A DNA stretch of 24,433 bases, taken from assembly GCA_010356995.1 (NCBI GenBank), contig ML996709.1:324606-349038 (forward strand). The letters are read 5' to 3'. This stretch comes from Trichodelitschia bisporula. Its lineage: Eukaryota. The notes under the pieces are model-generated. The model was not told where the DNA came from and ran no database searches. It saw only the letters and a program-made list of their open reading frames with translations. Made by a program: the position numbers and the translations under genes. Below are positions 1 to 10,772 of the stretch, one piece after another; positions within the stretch are counted from its first letter, which is position 1; every line of letters starts with the position of its first letter.

Positions 1-1038
1 GAAGGTCTCTCTTTCGTACCCCTTTACATGTCCATCTCTCTTGTGTCTCTATAAACGTCACCTTCAAAGTCTCTGTAAACGCGCCCTGTCGAGCAGCTCC
101 GCCCGAGGCTTTGAATGAGCTTCTATGAGATTCACGTACCACATACATACCGACAAGTAAGACTTGGGTGTGGCGTTTATAAGTGTGCGAGGTGGATACT
201 CCATCGTCTTCCAATTGGCACTTACGACTCGGTTGTTTCTCACGGTACGTCAAAAACTGACCCAAAGTGTAGATCGACCCGGAGGCTGGAACCGGAAGCG
301 TCGCGCCGCGGACCGCAACAGGTAGAGGAGCCCCTTGCGGCCGAAGTTGGGGCGTCCGCTACTTCTGGAGTGGCACAAGTTCTAGACTGCTAAGGTTAAA
401 GTAGGAAAACGGATACCTGAGATTCTGTTCTATACATTGCCCTCCCTGTGACATTATTCGGTATTCGTTTGATTCCATACGTGGTGATGAGAGTAAGCGT
501 CCCAGAACCAGCCGTCGGAGATGCGGGGATGTTCCACAAAGCGGGGAACCTCCCGCCTCCCATGCAAAGCTTGTTTCCTACACACTTGGCGTAGCCCCGC
601 AGGAAGATGGCGGTAAAACCGCATGGGAGACAACCCGCCAGAGCGAGCCGATCTGGAGTTCTTGACATATGCAGCAACCGGCTTGGACGACTTTGTGTCG
701 GGCCTTCGCAGAAGACGGTCTTCGGAGGTAAGCGCATGGCACCCAGATGCTGTCAGTGACACCGAACAAGAAGAACGACAAGACTCTCTTCTCTGCTCAT
801 ACACCTAGTAAACAACGTCATCCTGCAGCACATCCGCTGCATCTTCCTCTCTCCAGGTCATTTCACACGGCAGTGTCTCAGATGGTGAGCGGTCAGTCGG
901 CGCTAAATCGAGCAACGTGCAGCACGAGTACGGTAGAACCCCGCACCTGGTTCCCCTCATAAAGTCAACAAACGCAGGCACCCAGCCTGTAGCTCTCCAC
1001 ATTCATCACCTTACCTCCACCGTTCAACCTCCATCATC

Positions 1039-2133
1039 ATGTGTCGCTGGTTTGCCTACATATCGCCAGAGGAGCCATGTCTCCTCAGCGACGTCCTCAT
1101 CGATCCCGCCAACTCCATCTCCAAGCAATGCTCCGAGCACTACCTTCCCAAGCTGCTGCCTCACGGCGAGGAAAAGGACCTGGACGACTCGAAAGACAAG
1201 CTGATCAGGATGCGCAACAGCCTGCTGAACATGGATGGGCTGGGTATCGCCTGGTGAGCCACATGCAAAGCCCACCCGACCGCGCTGACCACCAGGTTCA
1301 CCGACGCTGCGCAGGATTATATGCGGGACGTGAAGGGCCCCCGACCGGCTCTTTACAAGTCGCAGTCGCCCCCGATCAACGACTTCAACTTCCGCAGCCT
1401 CTGCATGAACACCGAGACCAAGTGTCTGTTCGCCCATATCCGTGCCTCGTCCGGCTCCGTCGTGACGCAGGTCAATAGCCATCCGTTCGTCTTCGGCCGC
1501 CATGTCTTCATGCATAACGGCGTCATCAGCAACTTCACCGACATACGTCGGGAGCTGCTGCGCGATATCAGCTACGATGCCTTTGCCAACATCTTTGGGA
1601 GTACCGATTCGGAGCACGCTGCAGCGCTGTACATGACCCATCTGACCGGGCACGGGAACCGGGAGTCATGGCAGCGCGAGTACACACTGGACGAGATGCT
1701 GAAGGCAATGATGAAGACGGTTGTCCAGATACTGGAACTGCAGCGCAAAGTGCTAGGCGACCGTGCGACTCCCAGCAGCCTCAATTTCTGCACCACCGAC
1801 GGCCGCCGCATGTTGGCCATCCGCTTCCGCAACCACGCCACGCAGCAGCCGCCCAGCCTGTACTGGAGTGAGTTCGCCGGCCGCACGCTGAACCACAAAT
1901 ATCCGGGGCACGCCGACGGACCGGGCTTGGTTAACGAGCAGGCCATCATGGGTGAGGAGGAGCGCATCGGCCGCCACACCATCATTGCGAGCGAGCCCAC
2001 GACGTACGACGAGAAGGAGTGGCATTTGATCAAACGCAACTGCGCGCTGACCGTGGACGAGTTTGGGACGGAGACGGAGGTGCCACTGACGTATGATGAA
2101 CGGTTGAACGCGGTGGACCGGGGCGATCCCTAA
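1039..2133 (+). CDS. Class II (Ntn) glutamine amidotransferase, DUG3-like; join(1039..1253,1296..2133)
   Basis: Starts MCRWFAY, with the N-terminal catalytic Cys typical of Ntn hydrolases. Motifs NMDGLGIAW, FAHIRAS, NSHPF, FMHNG, GSTDSEH and IIASEP are present. A 42-nt intron (GTGAGC...GCTGAC...CAG, 1254-1295) joins the two ORFs in frame (IAW-FTDAAQDYM). Confidence 0.92.
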
Positions 2134-2668
2134 GTTTGGTGTCCCAATGGCTAAATATTCGTCTAGCCAATGAAGTATTCCTTTGAATCACAAAACTGAC
2201 GTTCCTTCCGGACAACGGTGATGCTGTAAGCAAGCGCTCTCGGAACTACGTCCCGTCGGATTCTCGCACTGGAGTCTGACTGGCCGGACGCAATGCCAGA
2301 AGTCAAGGCGAGGACGAAATTAGTTCATTTGACACATGGACCAAACGGGCACTGCCAAGAATAGCCCTCGGGGGTTAGAACTGCGGCACCAGCCATGCCA
2401 TAGATTGCGCAATGATCTACGGCTGGGAGGCCGATCCTTCTCCTCTGGGTCCGTCGGATTCCGACACTACCGACAACCTCAACCCTCGAAGGATTCAATT
2501 CTCACTTGGCAAATAAGGGTATGGCACGCCAATTGGCAACTTGATTCTCAATTTATCTACCGTGACATGCTACTCCCCGACATCTCAACGTATTCCTACA
2601 GACCGCCGAACCTTGGACAGTGAACCCCCTCCAAAGCGGCTCCTCGAAAAACGCGGCGATAGCCGTTC

Positions 2669-3251
2669 TTAAGCGGAGGGCCCCATGGTCACGATCGGGC
2701 CCCATTCATCAAAGGAAGAAAGTACAAGCGTCGACGAGCTGGACGGCGAGGGCTTTTTGGCCGTTGAAAAAGTGACAGGCGTGGCCTTGGTGACCGGCGC
2801 GGCCCTCGTCTGGCTTTGGAACGAAGTGGCAATCACCTGCAGAGTGGACGTCGGCTGGGCAGCAGGGGCAGCTATGTTCCGCGTCAGCAACACGCACTAG
2901 CATCAATAGACTCTTTGACTGTGCATACCGCAGAGCTCGCCGTAGTACCAGTCGAGAACCTTGTCCTGCACGTCTCGGCCGCAACCTTGGATACTGCAGT
3001 CGCGGATGCCGAACTGGAAGTTCGGCTTCTCGCAGAGGCATGATGCTTGGGCGTCCGGGCAGCCCATACGGCTCTTGGCCTGGCGGACGAGGTCTTTGAT
3101 GCAGGATTGCTGGGGAAGGGTCAGCGGGTGTTGCCCGAGTCTCGTGTGCACTTACGCCGCAGGCGGGGATGGAGGCTGGGATTGGAGGGTCGGCGGCGAC
3201 CAGCTGGACGGCTGCCAGCAGAGCAGTGACGGTGGCGAGGAGAAGCTTCAT
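2669..3251 (-). CDS. Secreted CFEM-domain protein (~159 aa) with Ser/Thr/Pro-rich tail; complement(join(2669..2871,2929..3109,3156..3251))
   Basis: Signal peptide MKLLLATVTALLAAVQLVAA. After splicing, 8 Cys fall in CFEM spacing (PACG-QSCI...GC...SCLC...IRDCSIQGC...ELC). Introns 3110-3155 (GTAAGT..GCTGAC..CAG) and 2872-2928 (GTATGC..GCTGAC..TAG) restore the frame. Confidence 0.88.
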
Positions 3252-3266
3252 GATGCAAAGTGTTGG

Positions 3267-3364
3267 AAATTTGGAGTGAGCGAGGCTGAAAATTTGAAGT
3301 GAATGAGGCTGAGAATTTGGAGTGAATGAGGCTGAGAATTTGCAGTGAATGAGGCTGAAAATTC
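3267..3364. repeat. 23-bp tandem repeat, 4 full copies plus a partial one, directly upstream of the CFEM start codon
   Basis: Units at 3267, 3290, 3313 and 3336 with consensus RAATTTGGAGTGAATGAGGCTGA. Confidence 0.9.
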
Positions 3365-4586
3365 AAGCTGTTGCGGATGATGATGTACCGTTGAGGCTTC
3401 CGGAACGTCAAGATATAAGTTTCTTGCTCTGCAGTGGAGACTCCATGTTGTTCACTTGATCGTCTAAGTTCTGGCGCGGTGCTTGCGCACTGGGATCATT
3501 TCTGGCCCCCAAGTTCAACTCTCGAGCCCCCAAAGTATTTTCGAATTTGGGCTTCGCAATTCGTTTTTGGCCACATTCCCTCAACCCCAACGTGCTTCTG
3601 CGCATGGGTGGTGAGAGTACAACATATCAACGATAACGCGTGAGGCAGAATATTTTCGGCATATGTGCTGAAGGATTCGAGTGCTTGTCGAGCCGTTAGA
3701 GTATCCGCCAGATATCAGCGTTGCGCGTCAACCCTACGAAAGCGATATGGGAAGCCAGCACATCTTATCAAAACATCAGCCTTAGAGTGATCAGGATTCG
3801 GGAAGTTCTTGGCTATAAGGATGAAGGATCACAGGGGCATTGGGTCCGCGTTAAGATAAGCTTCGGAGCTCGAGGCAAGACCAGTCAAGCTCGTCAATCA
3901 TCTTACTGCATCCAGGACTGACTGCCGCTGTCGAACAATCGGGATTAACAACATGGATGAGCGCCTCGGGCCGGAGCATAGGATTGGACTCGCAATTTTC
4001 TGCTCGTCCCTGAATCCTACTCATTCGAGAAGGGTTCGCTGCCCGCCGTTCTCTGCCTGAAGGATTTCTGGAAGATTTTTGGAAGCTGGAAGGGGGCTAG
4101 AACTGAAAACGCGACTGGAAGAGCAGTCGCAGGCTCAGCAGAGCTACCAGCGGTAGAAGGCGAATGTTGTCGAGGGCTTTTGAGGGGCAAGGGATCAACT
4201 GCCGGACTTGGGAACGAGTGATCGGCATGTACAGGGTAAGGTACTGAAACAGGACGGATTGTGCCAGCTTGCCAGCCCTGACAGCATTTGCAACAGCCTT
4301 GCAACGGAGCTCCGAGGGGATGGCATCTTCAATTGATGGAAACAGACAATGGTGAACTCACGTTTCCAACAGACGCAGGCAACCTGTATCCATCGCTTTG
4401 AGTTGAGATGCGTTGCATGTTTCAGCAACAGGACACTCGAAGTACCTGCGAATTTATACTAGACGCACATGAGAAATCACATGTTGCAAGGCTGACCACG
4501 GTCGCTTTGAGGGAAGAGAAAACTCGATTTATGCTGGCGCTTGTAGCACTAACTGATAACTGGAGGGAACCCAAAATGCAGAAGGC

Positions 4587-5652
4587 TCATTTAATAGAAC
4601 ATGCGCCAATCGAGGCCTCGGTCGCCTGGACAGCCGTCATAACTCTTTGATGAGTTATGGTTGCTGGGGACTTCTCGAAATCCACTTCGAAAGTGCTTAG
4701 GGCATTTCGCAGGTTCTCCCGTTTCTCGCGCGTCTCTTTCTCTACCGCTGTCTCTTTGGCCTTCGTGGGAATTTTAGGCAACGAGTCCAAGAGCGCCTTC
4801 ATGTCCACAACTCTATGAGTAAGTGGACCTATTGGCCTTTCCACCATTGGTACTGCAACTCTCTCTCCCGCCTTGTTAAGGATACTTTTCAGTTCCGAAT
4901 TCACTGTTTTGGCGTAACTGTCCGCCCACCGGTTGGAGTGAACATACTCCAGGGCCTGCTTCGCGCGGTCCAAATCCTTAGAGAGAGCTGCTGGGTCCGA
5001 GGCCTTTGCCATGGATTGAGTGATGGTCTTTCCCGATTCCGTGAAGGAATCCATCCAGGCTTGGGCGCCCGCGTCGGTTAATTTACCGGCACCCGGGTCG
5101 ACCTTAACATTGGAGTTGATTCGTTTGTAATCTGCCGTCGTTGGAACCTTCGTGTTCGAGAACTTGACTCCCGAGTTTGCTTCGACCGAGGGATCGAAAG
5201 TCACCAAAGTCGCATGGTTCCAGCTGACCGGCATTCCCTTCGCCGCGCGACGCGCGGCCCGCCCGGCCCCCCCAACGTGCACCGGCTTCCCAGCCGCAGC
5301 TGCGGCTATCGCAGCGGCTTTCTTCGCCTCGGCCTCCGCGGCCCGCTCCTCAGGAGTGGGGGGCGGGGGTCGGGCAACTATGTCACCGGTCGTCACGAAT
5401 TGGACGAACTCGCCGAAATCCGCCATCCGTTTAAGACTGTCGGAGAGACCAGGTGCCATTGTCATTTCGACACCTCCAGTCACCTGTCGAGTCAGCGTTT
5501 GAAGTCACGCAAAGGGGGAAAATTACCTGGTACTCAATCTTGTAGGCGTAGTAGAAGAAGGTCATTTCGTATCCAAAAGCGCTATTTGAGAGTGCCCGGC
5601 CCAAGGCCGGCACCACCGCCATGCACAGCGCAAGGAGTACCAGAAGCTTCAT
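4587..5652 (-). CDS. Secreted protein of unknown function (340 aa), divergent partner of the GH55 gene; complement(join(4587..5483,5527..5652))
   Basis: Signal peptide MKLLVLLALCMAVVPALG. A 43-nt phase-0 intron (5484-5526, GTAATT..GCTGAC..CAG) joins ...YYAYKIEYQ to the 298-aa ORF VTGGVEMTMAPG... The protein ends ...IGACSIK. Confidence 0.85.
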
Positions 5653-6449
5653 GGTGCCGTGCAGCAAATGAGTGAGCCAAAACTACCAGAAACCGACAGA
5701 AAGGAATGATGTTCGACAGAAGTGACGGTGGAGGTGATGGTGGGCCGGCCGGGTATACGACATCTAATGGCCTTCAGCCGAACGGGAGTTTCTAGCCGAA
5801 TATACAGCCCTAATGGCAGGATGAGGGCGTACCTGCAGGATTATCGGCTGGGACCCAGGGGGCCGGATCCAGCGAAGGTAGATGGAAGGAATCCTTCGGG
5901 TAGATGCGCCAATCTAAATTCAGCCTCGCCAAAGAGATCAAGTCCACTTGGCGCAGTGCTTAACATGGCGACAATTGCGTGTCCATGAGCGACGTATGGA
6001 AGTCGACAAACCCTGGCCTCAAATTTTTGATTCACCGCTAAGGCTAAAATAGTTCGTCGGGATGCAGGTCGAGAACTCTGAAATTTCGAATCTAAATGCC
6101 AACCGGGAATGCGATCCTTCGGCGGTCTGGCCCTCACCGTTGCACCCACTGTGCGGGCCGTCGGTATGCACACAGACGAAAGATTGGGTCGAAAGATTGC
6201 CTGATAACAAAATATGCTAAGCTGGGACAACCACAATGAGCTTGATTGCGCTGAACATGAGGGATGTCGTATGCGCTCAATATCGACTCATCCGCATCCC
6301 AGCGAGGGAGTGGGGTCCGCTGGTTCCAGCAGCCATGGTTATCAACTACCCTTCTATTTGACTTGTAGTCCATTCAGCTTGAGGTTTTTGCATTCCGTTG
6401 TCATTCATTCGCTTTTTACGCCGTGAAAGCAGCACACCTCATTGCCATC
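5653..6449. promoter_or_regulatory. Probable shared bidirectional promoter (~800 bp)
   Basis: Lies between the head-to-head ATGs at 5652 (-) and 6450 (+) and contains no convincing coding sequence. Confidence 0.6.
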
Positions 6450-9400
6450 ATGCTTTTCCACCAAGCGCGGAGGGGCTCAAGCTCCCCGCTGCTCACTTTG
6501 GCCATTTGGCTCATGTGCCTTCCAGAGCAATGTTTTGGAAGCTACATGTTTGTGGGGCCTCCGGGCGCTCCGGTAGCCCATGATATGAACAGTGCAGCTG
6601 AGGGGATTGCGGAGTTTGCGAGCATGAACGGCTCTACAGCTGACGCGAGTGGCATCGGCGCGGGCTCGCGGAGCTGGAATGCCTCAGAGCCGCCGTGGCA
6701 CAGTCGATATCGAAATCTGTCTGCAGAAGCGGCCACCAACTTCTCATCATCCGACGTTGAGGGAGGACCGCCTGTTTTGAGGTATTGGTTCCTGACCGAC
6801 CCTAGCTTCAAGCATCAGGTAAGCGAATCCAGGCGCGCAGTACTGAGCTGACCACGCAGCAACCTTATGCGGGGGAGAATCCCTATGTCGCCTTTCGTAA
6901 CGTCAAGTCCTATGGTGCAAAGGGCGATGGCGTCAGTGACGATTCTGATGCAATCAACAATGCTGTCAGGGCCAGCAATAGGTGCGGAGAGGGTTGCAGT
7001 GCAACCTCAACCAAGGGCGCTATTGTGTACTTTCCGCCCGGCACATATGTGGTGAAAAAGCCGATCATTCAGTACTACTACACTTCTTTTATTGGCAATC
7101 CCGAGCCGGGTCTGCGGCCGGTTATCAAGGGCCACAAGGAATTCGAAGGCATTGCGCTGATTGACACGGACGTCTACATTGAGCAGGGCAATGGCGCAAC
7201 ATGGTAGGTCTCCCGCTGTGCACCCCTGACGAAGCTGACGATATAGGTGGATCAACCAGAACAACTTTTACCGCCAGATCCGCAACTTCGTCATTGACCT
7301 GACCGATATGCCTAATTATGTCAAAAAAGGTCCTAAAGACCGATTGCCGGTCGGGATTCATTGGCAAGTCTCGCAAGCCTGCACGATGCAGAACGTCCAC
7401 TTCGCCATGCCAGTGGCCGCGGAGGGTGGCGAGGTCCGGCATACCGGCATTTACATGGAAAACGGCAGTGGAGGTGTGTTGAAATCCGTGACATTGCGCT
7501 TGCGATTTTGCCCGGAGCGGGACTCACTCAAGCAGGTTTTGTGAGCGACCTCACATTCTTGGGCGGGCGCGTCGGTTTCATGGCTGGGAATCAACAATAT
7601 ACCGGGCGCAACTTGCGCTTCAAGGGATGCCAGTAAGTCTAGCGTGATTATCTTTGAACGAGTAGCGCTGACAGACAGAACGGCAATCGAAATGATTTGG
7701 GACTGGGGTTTCAGCTGGAAGAGCCTGTCTGTCGTCGATTGCAAGATAGGTATCAATGCAACAGGTGTTGCGCAAGAGGGCGGTGGTAAAGCGCAAGGAA
7801 CAGCGGTAAGTGCTACATCCGCACGCTAGACTGAGCTGACCGCCAGTCTCTTACTCTGATGGACTCGGTATTCCAAAACGTCGACCAGGTTCTTCTCACA
7901 GCCCAGGTGCCTAATTACAAGCCCAATATTGTTCTGGACAACGTGAAACTGCAGGGAAACATCGGAACCGTGGTGTCAGACGGCGAGAGCGTGCTCCTGG
8001 GGCATGAGGGAGACACCGTCGAGTCCTGGGCAATTGGCAACCGGTTTACAAAGGACGAGGAGACGGGGAACAACCGCGTCGGTCCGATGGAGCCGCCCCG
8101 CAAAGACCCAAGCCTACTCACAGCCGGAGGCAAGTTCTTTGAACGTGAGAAGCCGCAATATAACAACTTGCCGGCGGGGTCCTTCTTCAACATCCTTGAC
8201 TTTAACGTGCGCAACGACGGCGTGTATCCCAACCAGAACGCTGTAGGCATCAACCGGGCGCTGAAGCTAGCGGCCGGTCAGAATAAGGTGGTCGTATTTC
8301 CGGCGGGGGTCTACAAGGTTGACGATACAATTTTTATTCCGCCGGGCAGCCGGATCGTCGGGGTGCTGTGGTCGCAACTCATGGCAGTGGGCGAGGCGTT
8401 CCAGAGCGAAGTCGACCTCAAGGTGCTAGCAAAGTACGTTGAGGTGTTGAGCACGAAATGACGCAGCTGACATGTATAGGGTCGGTAACCCCGGCGACAA
8501 AGGCGTAATTGAAATTTCTGACATGATGTTCACCGGCTCTGGACCTACCCGCGGCGCCATCTTCATGGAGTGGAACATCAAGGAGTCCCATCAGGGGTCT
8601 GCTGCAATGTGGGACACCATTTTCCGCGTCGGTGGTGCCCAAGGAACGGACCTGCTCGAAAAGCAGTGTCACCAGTTCCAGTTGACAATCATGGACGAGT
8701 GAGTCGGCCGAAGGAGAACGGGGGAGCGCGGCCACTAACTCTTGCAGCTGCATGGCATCGAGCATGATGCTCCACGTCACAAAGGAGGCCTCGATATACA
8801 TGGAGAATATGTGGCTCTGGGTTGCCGGTAAGCTTTCGTTGAAAGGGTTCGACGAGCAACGCTGAGTAGCAGACCACGACATCGAGTCCAAGAACCAGCA
8901 GCGCATCAACGTGTATGGCGGTCGCGGCGTGCTGATCGAGTCACAAGGGCCGTCATGGGTGCACAGCGTGAGCAACGAACATTCCACCCTATACAATTGT
9001 AAGCTTCCGACATCTCATTCTGGGACCGGCTGACGGACAGGGCAACTTGCGGGGGCAAAAAACATTTACCTTGGGGCCATACAATCGGAGACGCCGTATT
9101 TTCAGGCGGGCCAGACCGACTCGCTGGAGCCGTACGACCCGTACATCCAATTCCCCGAGGATCCGGACTTTCTCGACTGCCCAACCAACTCTACCGCACT
9201 CGACACCTGCCGCGAGGCATGGGCACTGCGCATTATTGACAGCCGAAACGTGTATCTCTACGGCGGCGGCTTCTACAGCTTCTTCCAAAATTACAACGAC
9301 CGCTGCGCAACGCGGCCTGGTATTTGCCAGGACCGGCTGGTCGACACGGACCGGTCTGAGAACGTCTGGATGTACAATCTTTACACCGTCGGTGCCAAGG

Positions 9401-10772
9401 AGGTTATCAGTCCACAGAGGTATGTTGACTGGTTTACTTATGCGACGCGTGCTGACGAGGCAGCTTCACCGCCATCGAACGCGCAGGCCAAGTGAACGGC
9501 TTCTCGACGGCGACGTCCGCCTGGCTCGTCCTCGCGGACCAGGGTGGCAAGAGGGGCGGAAGGATGCCCCTCGACGCAGGTGGAGATGACAATCAGTTTG
9601 ATGCTAGCAAAGTACCACCCATTTGCGATTGGAACCTACAATTTGCCAGTCTTGAAGCTCTGGAAAAGGCCAAGGACGGTTTTCCGCAGTTCTGTGCAGT
9701 GGTGTACTCGCTCATCGTCCTGCACAAAGAGCTCGACAAAGCGGTAACTGGGTATCGCAAGGAGCAGAAGGATTATGACGCTAAGTTCAAATATTACGAA
9801 CACCTGTTCCGCGAAAACTTGGATGAAGCGTGGCGGGTGTTCATAACCTACCCGCGGGGTGAGTGAGCGGTGACGGCTATGGCGACAGGCTGACCCTCTC
9901 TAGGCAAGGGCCTGGAACATCTCCTCTGCAATGACCCTAAAGGTTGGGTCAGCTGCAGTAAAACGCCATTGTTTAACAGTGGAGTGTGGGATGACACTAC
10001 CGTCACTTACAAACTGGACGACCGTGCTGGTTTCTTCCAAGCGCTTATGAACGCCACCGGCATACCGGAAGACTGGATTGAATTCGGCACGGTTGTGACA
10101 AACATGCAAATCGTGGAAGAGGTGGGCACGGGCAAAAGCATTAGCACAAAGTTTGCGCTCACCGAAATAAACCGCCCCAAACTTAAGGACAACTGGCAAG
10201 TGCCAAACCCGAAGGTTGTATTCGACAGCATGGACGTAACGAACTTGCAGAATGCGATACTAGCGGCCATTTTCGATATCAAGACAGGCATGTACGTGGG
10301 CGACGCCGCCGATGTCGCCGAGGTACTGTCCCTGCCGACGTTGATGGCCATTGAGGCGTTCGATGCAATGCACAAAGTGAAGGAAACCGCAGAGAAGGCG
10401 GAAAAGGAAGAGAAGAAGGAAAAGCTGCTGATGATTTTGACTATAGTCTTTCTGGTCGTCCCACTGGCAGGGGAGGCCGGCGCGACGTTCATGGGCTTCT
10501 CGACAATTGCAAAGATCTTTTCCGGCGCCGGCATTGCGGCGGGCGTAGGACTCACGGCGTTGGACGGCGTAGAGAATCCGGATGCGGTGCCCTTTGACAT
10601 TGTGGTCGGTGTCGTAACTTTTGGCATAGGCCGTGCGGTGGAGAAGGGCGTGGACATTTCGAAGATGGCGCGCAACCGGCGTTTGTTTATGGCGGCAGCG
10701 ACGGGGCTACCGGGGGGCCTGAAGACACGAGACGCGGTACTGATGAATATCCTCCGGGCGTGTCGGAAGTAG
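6450..10772 (+). CDS. Secreted GH55 exo-beta-1,3-glucanase fused to a ~390-aa hydrophobic C-terminal module (~1272 aa, 12 exons): join(6450..6818,6860..7203,7247..7473,7536..7632,7679..7805,7847..8433,8480..8698,8748..8827,8873..8998,9041..9419,9464..9858,9904..10772)
   Basis: GH55 motifs after splicing: FRNVKSYGAKGDGVSDD, VYFPPGTY, NQNNFYRQIRNF, GIHWQVSQA, GIYMENGSGG, WDWGFSW, VVFPAGVY, MWDTIFRVGG, YMENMWLWVADHD, YGGRGVLIES and catalytic-region IQSETPYFQ. All 11 introns are GT..AG with branch sites and give one continuous 3819-nt frame. Confidence 0.92.

Noticed and set aside
623..1204. Possible spliced upstream ORF (introns 728-770 and 885-922) overlapping the amidotransferase start out of frame
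   Set aside because: Branch sites are weak, the second intron is only 38 nt, and the product is unrecognisable. The Ntn enzyme needs Met-Cys at 1039, and a CATAAA at ~957 suggests a nearer promoter.
1024..1653. 209-aa antisense ORF, and similar ones at 10007-10675 and 12206-13192
   Set aside because: These are shadow ORFs opposite GC-rich real genes, with no motifs of their own.
3267..3364. CRISPR-like appearance of the short repeats here and at 19581-19650
   Set aside because: The repeats are contiguous without unique spacers, there are no cas genes, and the context is eukaryotic.
3600..4560. Short ORFs between the CFEM gene and the secreted orphan
   Set aside because: No coherent splice model or recognisable protein features; treated as intergenic.
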